A DNA stretch of 64,000 nt from Isurus oxyrinchus (Eukaryota): the NCBI GenBank assembly GCA_026770705.1, contig JANJGN010000189.1, forward strand, positions 434,001-498,000. Direction: 5' to 3'. Below are positions 37,011-50,700 of the stretch, piece after piece. Both the position numbers and the translations under genes were made by a program. Each line of letters starts with the position of its first letter. Positions within the stretch are counted from its first letter, which is position 1. The notes below the pieces were generated by a model. It saw only the letters and a program-made list of their open reading frames with translations, was not told the DNA's origin and did not search any database.

Positions 37011-38106
37011 CTGGGGAGAGAAATATCAATATTTAACTCTGGATGGTTTGTAGATCCACTAGACTCGATATCCACCCCCTCCATCACTGGGGCACAGTGG
37101 CTGCAGTGTGGACCATCTACAGGACACACAGGGATCTCCCCAATGTATCACAATGGATAGAAGAGAATCCTGGACACAGGAGTGGACAAGTTCATTCTAC
37201 ATTGGCTCATAGTCCTCAGGACCCTGTTTAGTGAAGCCAGTCTTCCACCCAACACAGTGTCTACAAGATACACAGGGAAACTGTGTAAATATCTCATCTC
37301 TCTACACTGACGGTTTACCTTTCAGTTAATTCATTTCGTTATGGTGAAACTGTGCAAGAAGTGTGAGGGCTGGACCCTCTGTCTATTCTGAATGCTGCTG
37401 TGATGTAATCATGGCCTCTCAGGGAATGGACTTTTGGAGTTAATTCATCCCTGAATTTTGATTTTGAATTCCAGAGCTCGGGGCCCAGGCAGCTGAAGGC
37501 ACGGCCGCCAATAATGGAATGATGGGAATCGGGGGATGGTCAAGATGCTGGAATTGGAGGAGTGCAGAGATCTCGGAGGGTTGTAGGTACTGGAGGAGAT
37601 TACAGAAATAGGGAGGGTTGTAATGGTGGACGAGGTTACAGAGAAAGGGAGGTTTGTAGGGGCTGGAGAAATTAACAGAGATAGCGAAGGATATAGGGGC
37701 TGGAGTTGGTTAAAGAGTTAGGGAGAGTGGTAGGGGCTGGAGGAGGTTACTGAAATAGGGAGGATTGTAGGAGCAGGGCAAGGTTACAGAGGTAGGGAGT
37801 AATATATGTGCTGGAAGATGTTACAGAGATAGGGAGGTTGGTATGGGCTGGAGGAGGTAACATGGATAGGGAGAGTTGCAAAATTTTGGAGGGATTTCTA
37901 CAGGATGACCTGGATTTTAATTTTCTGTTGCTGTCAGACAGGGAGTCAGTGAATATCAGTGATCACAGGGGTGATGGGTGAATGGGACTTGGTGTGAGTT
38001 TGTACACTGGCTCACTGCTGAATCGGTTCCCAATCACAGCTCAATAAGAATGATCTTTTACAAAGACTATTAACCATAAATCTGTCCGAGCTGACGATGA
38101 TATTAG

Positions 38107-38138
38107 CTTGGAGAACTGACAGGAGGAAGTAAGATCAT
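38107..38138 (-). pseudogene. Unit B: dead leader exon
   Basis: 8-nt deletion and donor GT>CT relative to 51704-51743. Confidence 0.85.
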
Positions 38139-38257
38139 TGTCCATTCCCAGATATTTCATCAGCTTCTCACTCTCAAGCTGTGAAAGAGAAAGGAGTTAA
38201 TGAGACCTCACCTCTTGTCCGACAGCTCTCCAGAGATCAGAACTGCTTTTAGACAAT

Positions 38258-38895
38258 GGGCAGAGTTTCGCTGTCGGTGAGCAGGGGGCAGGGGTGCAGT
38301 GAATTCAGCTGAGGGCCCGCCGACCTGTCAATGGCCAATTGAAGCCATTGACAGGAACATTTAAACAATGAACCGACCTGCCGGTCCAACCTTAAGGCTG
38401 GTGGGCAGGGCAGGAGCTCCAGCGACAACTAGAGAAAACATGAAACCTCATCCACCGGCGGGACGAGGATTCATGTCGGTTTTAAAAGAGTTTATTAAAG
38501 TTTTGGTGCAGTTTATTAACATGTCCCATCTTGAGTGACACTGTCACGTGAGGGGGACATGTTGAGGATTTTTTTATTTTTCTATTTTGATTGTTTGAAA
38601 ACCTTTCAGCGATCTCCCTGAGGCAGCACTTAGCCTCAGGGTGATGTGGGCTTTATCATGCGCATGTGTGACAGAGCGCACTCTCGCATTTGGGGAATGT
38701 CCCCACCACCCACCCCCCACCCCCGGCCCACACAGGAAGGGCATAGCGCTTCCCGCTGGACATCACGCTGGGTGGGCCTTAATTGGCACGCCCACTTAAA
38801 ATGGCGGCGGGGCCCGCTTCTCCGGTGGGGATTGGCTCCCCGCCCGCTGGAGATTGGGTCAGGCCCACCCGCTCGACAGGCTGGAAATTCAGCCC
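38258..38895. mobile_element. Non-autonomous DNA transposon (PIF/Harbinger-like)
   Basis: Imperfect TIRs gggcagagtttc / gaaattcagccc, 3-bp TSD AAT, empty sites (agacaatgtc) in units A and C. Confidence 0.75.
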
Positions 38896-39229
38896 AATGT
38901 CTTCACAGACTAATTTGATTCTCTGTGGGATGATAGGTGCTCTGCAGAGAGTTACAAGGCTTGAAAAAGAAAAACAATGAAAGACTTGCATTTCTATAGC
39001 ACCTTTCACCACCTCAGGACGCCCCCAAATCTCATGTCTCTGCACTTCCCTCATCCCTTGAGCTAGAAAGATGTTCTGTACAACAGACTTGAGCCTCACA
39101 CCCAGATCTCAATAATCAGTAGAAATCTTTCAAAGGCATCAATCATTGGAATCTGTCTTTATAAAGTCACAACATCAACAAAGGACGGTGTTGGTGGTGG
39201 AAGTGAATTCCAATCGTTCCGTTACTTAC

Positions 39230-39372
39230 CCAGGACCTGTCCGACTGCTCGCCTGGGGAGGAACTGCCCACACGCTCTGCTTGGGCTGAATGACCTCTTC
39301 CTGTGCTGGCCCCTCTGTGTGTTTAATGAGAAAGGGTTGATGTGTCTCTGTGAGACAAAATGGGGAAGTAGT
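39230..39372 (-). promoter_or_regulatory. Unit B: non-coding exon 1 and promoter
   Basis: Paralog of 33882-34022; AAAATGGGGAAGT motif. Confidence 0.55.
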
Positions 39373-40679
39373 AAAGGAGTGAGTAAACAGGCATTAGGAA
39401 TGAGTGCGTAATTTCACAATGCGTTACAACAGAATCAAACTGTTGGCAATTCATCATGACTCTGTGATCTTTCTGTTTGCTGTTTGTTAACTTCAAATTT
39501 CTACCATGTCTCTGAGGGTTTATATTTAAAAATGCTGTTGGAGGATAAATACTAAGCATGTTCTGCACTGTCGGAGGGTCAGTATTGTTGGAGTGCTACC
39601 CTGTTAGAGGGTCAGTACTGAGGCAGTGCTGCACTGTTGGCGCGTCAGTATTGAGGTATGCTGCACTGATGGAGGATAAGCAGCGAGGGAGTGCTGCTCT
39701 GTTTGAGGGACAGCTCTGAGGGAGTTCTGCACTGTCAGAGTGTTGGCACTGAGGGAGTGCTGCACTGTCGGCCGGTCAGAACTGAGGGAGTGCTGCAGTG
39801 TTGGAGGGTCTGAACTGAGGGAGTGCTGCACTGTTGGAAGGTATAAACTGAGGGATTGCTGCACTGTAGGAGGGTCTAAACTGACGGAGTGCTGCACTGT
39901 CGGAGGGTCTGAACTGAGGGAGTGCTGCACTGTCGGAGGGTCTAAACTGAGGGAGTGCTGCACTGTCTAAAATACATTGCACAAATTGCCCAAAATTGCA
40001 TCTGATGCCTGTGTCTGATGCACACATGAAGTTCATGCATTTATCAGGAATATTTCTCTCTCTTTGTGAGCAGCAAGACAGCTTTGATATCACACCACCC
40101 ACTGGCAATTGTGTGCAGCTGCAATGTGACGTGTTTACATTGAAAATTTCCATTATAAAGATGGGCACAGGAATTCATCTGACTGGAAAAAGTAACAACA
40201 TGAAGTAATGTCTTTGAGCCAAGAATCTGGAAGCAAAATAAGAATTTTCATCCATAAGTATCTACAGAACAGGCTGAGCATTTTAATCACTTGTGTTAAT
40301 CAATGTAATTTTATTCATAACCCAAATGCTTCTTACAATCTATCGCAGCATGAAAAAGGTGCAGCATTCAGAAAGCTCATTCCAATCAAAGAACAGAGTT
40401 TAGCAACGTCACATTTCTGTTCATTCCTATTCGCCCATGTTGGCTGCACACAGCCAGATAATGCCGTGGTTATGATGTGTCCACACAGCAGGACTGGGGA
40501 GCACCAGGTATAAGGAAAAGTTTCAGCTTGCTGAGGAGAAGAAGGACAATCTCTCGTTCCAGGTTTCTCTCCGTACATTAAGAAGCAGGCATGCCGATGT
40601 TTCATTGCACTCTGTCTGCTGATGGGAGTCCGCTTGGAAATTGCTGTTTGTGCTGATGGAAAGAATAAGCTTTTCATAA

Positions 40680-41260
40680 ATCGAGGGACTGAGTACAAAC
40701 ACAGGGAGGTTATGCTGAACATGTATAAAGCTCTGGTTAGGACACAACTAGAGTATTGTGTCCAGTTCTGGTCTCCTCACTTTGGGAAGGAAGTGATGGT
40801 CCTTGAGAGGGTGGGGAGGAGATTGAGCAGAATGGGTCCAGGGATGAGGGATTTTAGCTACAGGGTTGGGTTGGAGAAGCTGGGGTTGTTCTCCTTGGAG
40901 CAAAGGAGATTGAGGGGGGATCTGATCGAGGTGTACAAGATGATGATGGGTTTAGATACGGTAGACAAAGAGAAGCTGTTGCCATTAGCTGATGGTACAA
41001 GGACTGGGGGACACAGATTGAAGGTTTTGGGCAGAGGGGGATGTGAGGAGGAACTTTTTTACACAGCGAGTGGTAATGAGCTGGAACTCGCTGCCTACGA
41101 GGATGGTGGAAGTTGAGACGATGAACGATATCAAATGGAAATTGGATGGATACTTGAGGGGAAATAAACTTGCAGAGATATGGGGATAGAGCGGGGAAAT
41201 GGGACTGACTGGATTGCTCTACAGAGAGGCAGCATGGACTCAATGGGCTGAATGGGCTCC
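40680..41260 (+). mobile_element. CR1 LINE 3' fragment, antisense within the unit C 3' UTR
   Basis: LVRTQLEYCVQFWSPH...RRLRGDLIEVYK; internally deleted copy at 28385-28700. Confidence 0.85.
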
Positions 41261-41383
41261 CACTGTGCTGGAATGCCTCTCTGATACGAAGGTGATTCTA
41301 ACCAGGACACTGACCCACAACTTAACCCAACATCACACGTTATTTGTCCGCACTGACTGACCAGATTGTTGCTGTACAAAGCT

Positions 41384-41523
41384 TCAAACAGTCTGTCGAC
41401 TTCCTTTCACTGTTTGTCTCTCCCAGACACAGACTCCAGCGATAGTGATAACCACAGCCACAAGGAATATCACAGCTCGTATTCCCAGGATCAGGATCAC
41501 GTGCAGAATCTCTCCTCCACTGT
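41384..41523 (-). CDS. Unit C: TM and short tail, (D)SGGEILHVILILGIRAVIFLVAVVITIAGVCVWERQTVKGSRQTV-stop; activating-type
   Basis: Canonical acceptor, phase 1, Arg codon at 41477-41479 inside the hydrophobic helix, 12-residue tail without Tyr. Confidence 0.85.
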
Positions 41524-42642
41524 CTAGAGAACACACAGAAAGAAATCATCACTGACTCTCCGCTTTCAATCTCTCACTCTGGCTGAACAATCAAGCTTCA
41601 TATCACTGCAACATTTGCTGTAATATTGACCCATCCACTGGGATTCAATGTGGAATGAATGTTTTCATTGTAAACACTCTAAGAGTGGACAATCGGAACT
41701 TTCCCCTTAGCGTGGAACATTGGTGAGAATGGATCATTGTGCTGTTGGACTCCCTGTCCAATGTTTCTCTCCGTCGCTGTGTACAGGATTGTGCTGTAGA
41801 AAATTCTGGAAACGTTTAGTGCAGGGTGGAAATCCATCTCGGATGCGTGTGCGAATCGGGCAGGATCGAGATGGACTCCCTCATGGACTTACAACCCCGC
41901 TTAATAAACAGTTACAATCTTTACCCAGAGAGAGGGGAGAATGTGGAACTCGTTCCCACAGGGAGTGGTTGAGGTGAATAGTAGCAAATTAGGAAGGGAA
42001 ATTGCTTGAAAAGCTGGGAGATGCAAGGGTTAAGTGCTACCGTGCCACCACTGGTGGCAAAGTGTAACTACAGCGTGACGTTTACATAGGCAATCCCCAT
42101 TATGAACAAGGACATTGGACATCATGTGAAAAATGGGCACTGGAAAGCTGAGAACTTGATGTAAGCTTTTCAACAACAGGAATTCCCTTCCTAAACCTCT
42201 CCACCTCTCTCTTACTCTCAGATACTCAAACAAAATTTCACACAAAATCACGTAAGAGGAGTTGGGACAGGTGACTGGTCAAAGGATTAGGTTTCAGGAA
42301 ACTTCTTAAAGGAGGATAGAGAGTTGGAGAGGCAGAGTGTATCTGTGAGTATCCCTGTGCATCTGAGTGTCTGTAATAGACCTTGCAATTTCCATATTCT
42401 TCCATAAATATGAAAGGGAACACAAAACCCAGAATCTAGGTCAATACTCTGGTGCAGCACTGAGGGAGGTCAGGTAACCCACAGGGCAGTATGTGATAGG
42501 GTGTTTGTTTGTGAGTGTGTCTTTGTGTGTGCTCATACATTTGGGATTGTGTGTCTGCAGGTGTCTGCTTAGGTCTGTATATTAGTGTGTATTTGTGTAG
42601 TGTTTGAACCTGAGAGTGATGTTGAAGTCTGTGCACACTCAC

Positions 42643-42796
42643 GTTCCACAGTGATGGTTATGGACACCTCCACTGCTCCATGTTCATTCTCTGCCACACA
42701 CTGATAGTCTCCAGTGTCCCTGGATGTAACGTGAGGAATCACCAACCACAGCTCATTGTTGGAACTTGTTCTGTTCATTGTGACATTGAGATGTCA
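42643..42796 (-). pseudogene. Unit C: 5'-truncated C2-set (type b) exon remnant, presumably skipped
   Basis: Same breakpoint as 30531-30684; no acceptor. Confidence 0.8.
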
Positions 42797-43118
42797 GGGC
42801 AGGACTCAACATGACAGCTCGCAGGTTTACCAACAGAAAATGAACAACAATTTATATTTAAAGGGAAGAGAGTGCTGATTGGTTGGCAAGTGGTCTCTGA
42901 TTAGAGGAGGTGTTGCCATGGAAAATAACGTGTGCAAGCTGTACAGTTTAGACAGCTTGTCACTTCATTCAGCAACAATCAAATAAAGATCAGTTAACTT
43001 CTATCGACTGTGAAGCACTTTGAGTGGCCTGAGAATATGGACACTGAGAACGGGCTGCATTGTCAGAGGGTCAGCGCTGAGGGAATTCTGATGTAGAATG
43101 AAGGGTGTCCGTACTTAC

Positions 43119-43415
43119 CTTGCACAGTTAGTACGAGGGTCCGCTCCGATGAAACAGATGGATATCTCACTCTGCAGCTGAGATTGTGTCCGTGGTGTTT
43201 GAGTGATGGGATCAGGGTCAGAACAGAAGTATAGGTCAGAGTGACACCATGCTGAGTTACAGTGTTTGAGACTGATCCAGGTACGTCAGTGGGAGTGTCC
43301 CAGGTTAAGACAGGTGCTGCTGTTCCATTGCACGTTGTGTTGAAGGTGCAGCTTACATCCACACGCTTTCCTGCAATAATTTCAGCAGGGAATATCGTGG
43401 GTTTATCTGTGAAAT
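43119..43415 (-). CDS. Unit C: C2-set exon
   Basis: 297 nt, cag acceptor and gtaagt donor, open, phase 1-1. Confidence 0.9.
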
Positions 43416-45137
43416 CTGACACACAGAGAATGGATCCTTTTAGAGAAATATAACGTGAAGCATCAGTTCAAATAGAAACCACAGTCCCACAAGAGAAAGC
43501 ACTTTTACAAGGATGATATCAGATCTGAGATGTTACAATGATCAGGAGAGCATTTCCTGTTTTGAGACTTTGGTGTTTCTGTCTCTCAGCTTAATATACG
43601 TTCACTCCGAGACACTTGAACTGATAATAGTGGGTGAGGGTGGAGGAGCAGACCAGAGTTTGGAGTGCACTACCCCATCAGTCCCTCAGCGATCTAGGTC
43701 ATTTGTTACTTGTCAATTTGTGGGAGTTTGCTGTGCGCAAATTGGTTGTTGTGTTTCCCACATTACAACAGTAACTACAATTCAGGAATCAGCGCATTGG
43801 CTGTGAAGTGATTTGGTCCGTGCTGAGGTTGTGAAAGGTGCTACATAAATGTGAATCTTTATTCTAACGATATGTCAGACTTCGAGACAGGATTAGAGAG
43901 ATCGATGGGAGTGGATAACCTGATAACATTGATGGACACAGTCAATATATTTAATCATTGATATTAAAGTGAGTATTAGAGGTTGCTTTCGGACTGAACT
44001 GGAAGCTATCACCAGGTTACCAGGTTGCATGTTAACTCGAAATTAAGAATCTAAATGGTCTAGAGGAGCATAGAACAATGGATTATATTTATATAGTGCC
44101 TATATTGTAATATAATATGCCAAGGTGCTCCACAGGAGCATTATAATAGAAAGTATGGTCCCACGCCATATAAGGAGATATTAGGTCAGATAATCGGAAC
44201 TTTGGTTGAAGAGGTGGGTTTAAAGGAGCACCTTAAAGGAGGAGATAGAAAGATGAAAGGATTTAAGTCTCAGGACCCAGGCTACTGAAGGCTTGGCCGT
44301 CCATGCTGGAGCGATGGAAATCAGGGATGCTGAATAGTCCAGAGGTAGAGGAGTGCAGAAATCTGGGAAGGCTGTAGCACAGGAGGAGATTACAGAGATA
44401 GGGAGGAAGCAAGGACAAGCATTTTAAAATCAAGACATTGCTTGTCCAGGAGCCATTCAAGGTCAGAGAGTCGAGGGGGGGATAAGGGAACGGGAGTTAC
44501 TGTTCTTTAAGACAGGGGCAGCTGAGTTTTAGATGACCCCAAGTTTACATAGGGTAGAATGTGCGAGACCAGCCAGGAGTGAGTTGGAATAACCGAGCGG
44601 GATGAGATGAGATGGAGATTGAGATCTCCGAGGATGGGAATTCAGTCGGTGCAGAGACTGAGGGAGGAAAGCAGTGAAGATATCCCGGGGAGAAGATGTT
44701 TATCATTCCTGGAGTGATCGGCGATAGAGAACGAGAATTTAGAAGGAGAGATGAGAGGGGTGGAACACGGTGAGATATTCAAAGGAGGAGAAAGTGCCAG
44801 AGGAGGTGGGGGTGGGGGTCAGGCCAAGGTGTGATTTGGTGATAAGCTCCGCACTGTCACCAGGTCAGACCTGACGGTGTGAGGGGTGGAAGGTGTAGTG
44901 GGGAGGAGACACTTCACTCAGGGGGGAGGTGTCATCACCCCTCAGCTCGGTTTACGTTACAGCTATGATGTGGATTCAATCACACACAATAAGCTCATGG
45001 ATCTGGGAGCAGAAATAGACAAATCATTAAAAATAGTGACGCTGGTTAACACGGCCAAAAAACAAGCAAATCAAACACTATTATTTCCCATTGAGTGTTG
45101 GATGTGAATTGTTGAGTAATTATAACACAGCACTTAC

Positions 45138-45506
45138 CAGAAACGTGAAGCTGGGTTACAGGGTAATAGTTGTGGCTCCGACCATTGTCAAATTCTATTC
45201 TGAAAAAAAAAAATCCTGCATCTCCCCATCTGATGTTGTTTATAATCAGGGAACAGTCGCCATCTTTCAGGTCTCCAGACAGCCGGGTCCGATGGTGGAA
45301 CCGTGGTAAATCGTGACTGTGATCCTTGGAGTGAAAGGCTATAGACGATGTATTCCATTTGTCCCTCCTCATATTCCAGATTCCGACACGTGCTTTCTCT
45401 AACAAATGTGATGGGTAATTGTAATGACATGGAATCTGTACACATGAACCTTTCTGTGCTGTCACCTCTCGTGGAGTGTTACTTTCCCATTCTTGTGACA
45501 GTCCAA
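45138..45506 (-). CDS. Unit C: intact Siglec V-set exon with essential Arg (FFFRIE, codon 45199-45201)
   Basis: 369 nt, open, phase 1-1; A-strand Trp, SCVQIPC, GDCSL, no F-strand Cys. Confidence 0.92.
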
Positions 45507-45724
45507 CTGGGGAGAGAAATATCAATATTTAAATCTTGATAATTTGTAGATCCACTAGACTCGATATCCACCCCCTCCATCACTGGGGCACAGCGGCTGC
45601 AGTGTGGACCATCTACAGGACACACAAGGAACTCCACAAGGTATCACAATGGTTAGAAGAGAATCCTGGACACAGGAGTTGACAAGATCATTCTACATTG
45701 GCTGATGGTCCTCAGGACCCTGTT

Positions 45725-48700
45725 TGTGCACAAGCCTGCTATCCAACAGAACTGAAGTTGGGGAAAATCCATTTGGAATTCCACTGTCCAGGGCATTGGG
45801 TTAACTTGCTGAGTTTGTTTTAAATCTAACATCTATTTTTGGACTGTTGCCTTAACGGGAGTGTAACTGGGAGTCAGGTTAATTAGGAATTTTAGGAGTT
45901 ATTATAGCTGTCATTGTAGTCTTATGTATGTGCTTGAAATCTTTTATTTTGATGACAAATATTTTAATTTATTTTTTTAATTCTCTAAATTTCTTGGTGG
46001 ACTTATTGCTTCTGAATTCAGTGCACACATCTCATAATAAATACAAATTGCAAAATCATTATGATAGTGTGACCACCTTTCTCTCATCGACTTTGTCTGC
46101 CTGGCACACATCACCTGCCAAGTGATAACACTGCTGTAATATGTCTTTCAGGGACAGCAGCATGACATCACTCGAGGGGAAGTGTGTCATGTGATCTATA
46201 GGAACGGCGGTTGGCTTAAGTCAGTTCTATGTGTCTATTTGTGTGTTAGGCATAAGGTCTATCTTTAAGTTCAAGTTTAGTTTGCATTTTTGTGTTTAGG
46301 TGTTTTGAAAAGATAGAATTTGACTTTAAAAGAAGCCAGCGTTCCTTTGAGGTTTTATGACTGTCAAAACAAATACAACGTGTAAGAAACTGTGCTGTTG
46401 CCTAGCAACAGTGATCCAGAGGGAGGGAACCACAGAGACAGAGAAAAACAGAAAAGGACTTTCAGTTCTGTTGAAAGGAGTTGCCAGGAGAAGCAGCAAA
46501 GGAGCGGGACAGATAGTCAGTCCCAAAGTAAAGATGAAGCCAAAACCATCGAGTGGAACAGGAGAAAGGGCCCAAGAAAACCTTCTAGTCAAATCTGGAA
46601 AAGGCCCTGTTAAGTGAAGTTAAGAGTGAGGAGCAGAAGAAGGCTTCAAGCATAAAGGGAGAAAGCAGCAGGACACAGACCTAAAGCAAAATAGGCTTGT
46701 GAGAAGCCAGAAGATCCTAGGAGACACCACAGGTTGGTGACTCATTACTACGGCCATGTGAAGCCATGGTGTTCCATTGACACGGCTGAGCATTGGAGAG
46801 ACAGGGCGTGGAAGGAAGGCTGAATGCACATGGCGATCCAGGGGGCAGGAACATGGGAAGGAGAGTTTGAAATAGTGAAAGTGGAGCCTTGTGGAAGGTG
46901 TCTGAGTGAAAGTGTCATGTTGGAGAAGATCCCAAAGAGAATTCTTGGAGAGTGGAGATTGGAAACCCTCATGTGGATATCTCAGTTCAGTGAGACTGGT
47001 TGGCTCACAGTGTAACAAGCGTCTGGGGTCAGATGAGGAGGGAGACATAGCATTTGTTTCAAGTGGGTTCTGTCACTTGATTTTAGAATGTGGTGTCCCT
47101 GACCACAGGTCGTCTATTGGTTTACATGGACTGTGTACTTAGTTTGAACATGAGAGTATAAGATAGCTATTGTAACTTGCGTTATCTTTATGAATCTGTA
47201 TATATCTGTAAATGTATAGGTCTGGGTGATGGAGTAATGTAATATAGTTTGTCTTTCCTTGTTTAATAAATGTTTTATTCTTTTGTTAGAAGTTCATCAG
47301 ATGACTCCTGTGACTCTGTTCAGTAGCTGCTCTCCACATTCCTAAATAAAAAATAAAAGTTAGGACCTATCAAGCTGAGTTCCACCCTGGGATCTGACTT
47401 GCCCAGTAGTAACATCAGCTGGGATGATAACACCATCCAGTCCAAGTTTCACTTTGGCCTGTGAGCAGAACACAGCTCACACAGTTTGGCTGCAGGTGTC
47501 TCCCAGTTTCTATCCTTGTGTATCTGTTCTCATGTCACTATTCTAAATAAATGAATCCACAATGTATTTACCTAATTCCGTATCAGTGGCTGGTGCCTTT
47601 ATATCATTATAAAAACACAACATGGTGATCAGCGGTGGCCAAACATTCTGGCAGCAAGATTCAGTACAGGTATGACGTGGTGAACAGCCTGAGATCGAGC
47701 TACATGACATGAGACGACCCTCAACGCTTTGGTCAGACCATAACAGAGACACAGCATCAGAGAGGGTTGAAATCGCAGTGTACTGACTGCTCAGGAAACC
47801 TTTGAAGACACAGTGACGGGAAAGAGCTCAAGTAAAGAGCTGGGGAGCAAACGGATCCCTCGTGGTGAGATCTGCTAGATAAGACCAAAACCTATAGCAT
47901 TGAAGAGCTACTCAAGGATCGACATAAATACGAAGTGATCCTCGCAGGTCAACAAAGCTTACAGGTCCTCAGTACAACATCAATTGTTGACACACTGACT
48001 AGAACATCCAAACCTAGTGAGACATGTGGAAGGTGTGGCCTTCTGCAGGCACCAAGGAAATGCCCAGCTTTCCACCAATCCTGCAAGGCTTGTGGCAGAA
48101 AGGGCCATTGACAGCGGCAGGGCACTAGAGCAAAGGCTCATGCAGCTACAAAGAGCCGTGCACTGATCCAAACAGACCCTACACAACGGGGAACCTTCAA
48201 GCAATAAGAATGACCATCCGCTATTCCATCAGGAACATATACATGTGGTGACTGACAAACCAGGAAATGGCGATGATGTACACGGTGAGACGAGGAGCGC
48301 TGATCGATATTCCACCTCTCACACATATCCTGGCGTGGCTTGCCAATAAATTGTGGATTGTTGTCTTTAAAGATCTCTCTGGGCACATCAAATAAACTGA
48401 AAATGTCCCATAGGGGTGGGATTTTCTGGCCCCACCCACTGCCAGGATTGTCCGGTCCAGCCGAAAGCCAATGTTTGTCCAATCTCCCACGGCAGGTCCC
48501 ATCATGACTGTGCCGGAAAACCCCAACCTAGAGTTTGTGCAACAGTTGTGCTCAACGTATTGTACAATTGTTGAACAATTTCAAACCTTTTACACCATCA
48601 ATCTCACGGAGAACAGATGCTGTCACATCACCTGCACTATTGGCCAAGATTCCAATTTTCTGCCCTGAGAAAGTTGCAACCTCCCCTTTATTGACCAAGA

Positions 48701-50700
48701 TTGACACAGGGGCAAGTGCCAACATTCCCCTCCCACAGCCCACCCCAGCAAATTTTCAAAGACATGTATCCAAGGACATGGGAGGCCATGGGGAAACCTA
48801 CTGCTGTGTACAACACTTCAACTCCATGTGCAGAATCCATAGTCCTGGGGTGCAAATACAATCAATCCTCCTGGGTGTCACAGATGTTCTACATCGTGGA
48901 GACTAAAGGCTGAGCAATTGCAAGTCTACCGGCATGCAGTGACCTCACACTAGTGACAATGCATGGAATCTGTCAGACTTCACATGGGTCAAATGCAGAA
49001 ACTACCCCATCAACTCAGTTCATGGACATAACATTGAAATATGCAGAAAGTTTCAACAGTATTGTCAGTTTCAAGGGAGCTGCTACATTACACCTGCAGG
49101 AGAATGCAAGTCTGTCAATTGATCCAGTACATTTAGCACAACAGAAATGCCAGCAGCTACAAGAGGGAACAGTGAAAAATTCTGCAGGAACTGTGGAAAT
49201 ATCATTGAAAGGGTGGCCTGATTCAACTTGACCTCATCGAGATAAGCGAGGCATCTCCCAGGGAGTCATTTTTAATGGCAGGCAGGGCATCATACCGGCA
49301 CATTTGTGATCCTATATTCTTCAACAACTTCATCCCTCACACATGGGCACAGATCACACAAGGAGACTCACAAGAGATACAGTCCCTGGCCGGGTATGAA
49401 CAATGACCTTGAAGTTGTTGTAGGGAAGTACGAGGCTTGTCAAGAGAATGAGCCAAGTCAACACAAAGAAACATTGATTCCACAGGAAATTCCTGCCTAT
49501 TCTTAGTCCAAAATCACATCTGAATCCTTTCATGTCCATGTCACTGACTTCATCGTCATCGTCGACAGCTTTACCAGATATCCCATTATTCAAAAATAGC
49601 ACAACACACCGAGCACAACTGGTGCACACACTCTAAGCACTATTTTCAGTTTATTTGGTGAACCTAGGTTCATGATTACAGATAATCTGGAATATCAATC
49701 ACACTACTTCTTCTCCTCATTACCCCAGATCTAACAGCCTAGCTGAATGAATGATTCACACAGTGAAATCCCTAATTCTCAAATGTAGACAGACCAAGCA
49801 AGATCCACACATTGCAATGTTACATCTGAGATCAACACCTACAACTGCAACTTTGTTAAATTCATTCATGGGATGTGGGAGTCACTGGTCAGGCCAGGAT
49901 TTATTACCCATCCCTAATGTAAGAGTCAACCACATTGACGTGGAGTCTGGAGTCACATGTCCACCAGACAATTTTGTTCCCTAAATGGCACTGGTGAACC
50001 AGGTGGGATTTCCAACAATGGTTTTGTGGTCATCACTAGACTTTGAATTTCATCTTTTTATTAAATTCAAATTTCATCATCTATTATGGTCGGATTTGAA
50101 CCCATATTCTCAGGACATTACCCTGGGTGTCTGAATTACTCATCTAGCAACAATACCACTACACCATCACCTCACCTTATTCCATCACTGACAGAGAACA
50201 TGTTTGGTGGGCCAGTAGTGACCAATTTCGCTACTCTTACCCATTCTACTCTCTCAGAAACCAGAGGGCAACTTTTAAAACTACAAGAGAAGATAAGGAA
50301 TGTTCATGATAAAAATGGAGGTGCAGAGTTGCCAAGTTTACAGTTGGGACAAGTTCACATCCAGGATCCCACAGAAGGTTCATGACCACCAGCCGAGGTG
50401 ACAAGGATTTGTTCAGAACCAAGGGCCTATGGAGTCAAACACACAAAGGCACAGCGGTGAGGTGGAACCGAGGATAAATCAGATCCATTCCCGCTCCTAT
50501 TTCATCGAGGAGAAGATCCCACATGAAATCAGGAACAACATCCAAGGGTGACAATCCCACAGATCACTGTGAGCAGTTAAAGACACCTCCAGACAAGGTA
50601 ACCAGCACAAGATCTGGGTGGACCAGAAGGTTAAATCCACACTTTAGAGAGTCAAATATTCAACAGTTCCGTACACTTATGTAATTGTCAATAAATATGA
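45725..50700 (+). mobile_element. Nested LTR fragments and a degenerate Ty3/Gypsy element in the unit C leader-V intron
   Basis: LTR-like ends at 46130, 47432 and ~47622 followed by PBS-like TGGTGATCAGCGG; protease DTGAS (48703); integrase remnants (WPGMNNDLE...CQE; SPHYPRSN); right boundary approximate. Confidence 0.75.
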
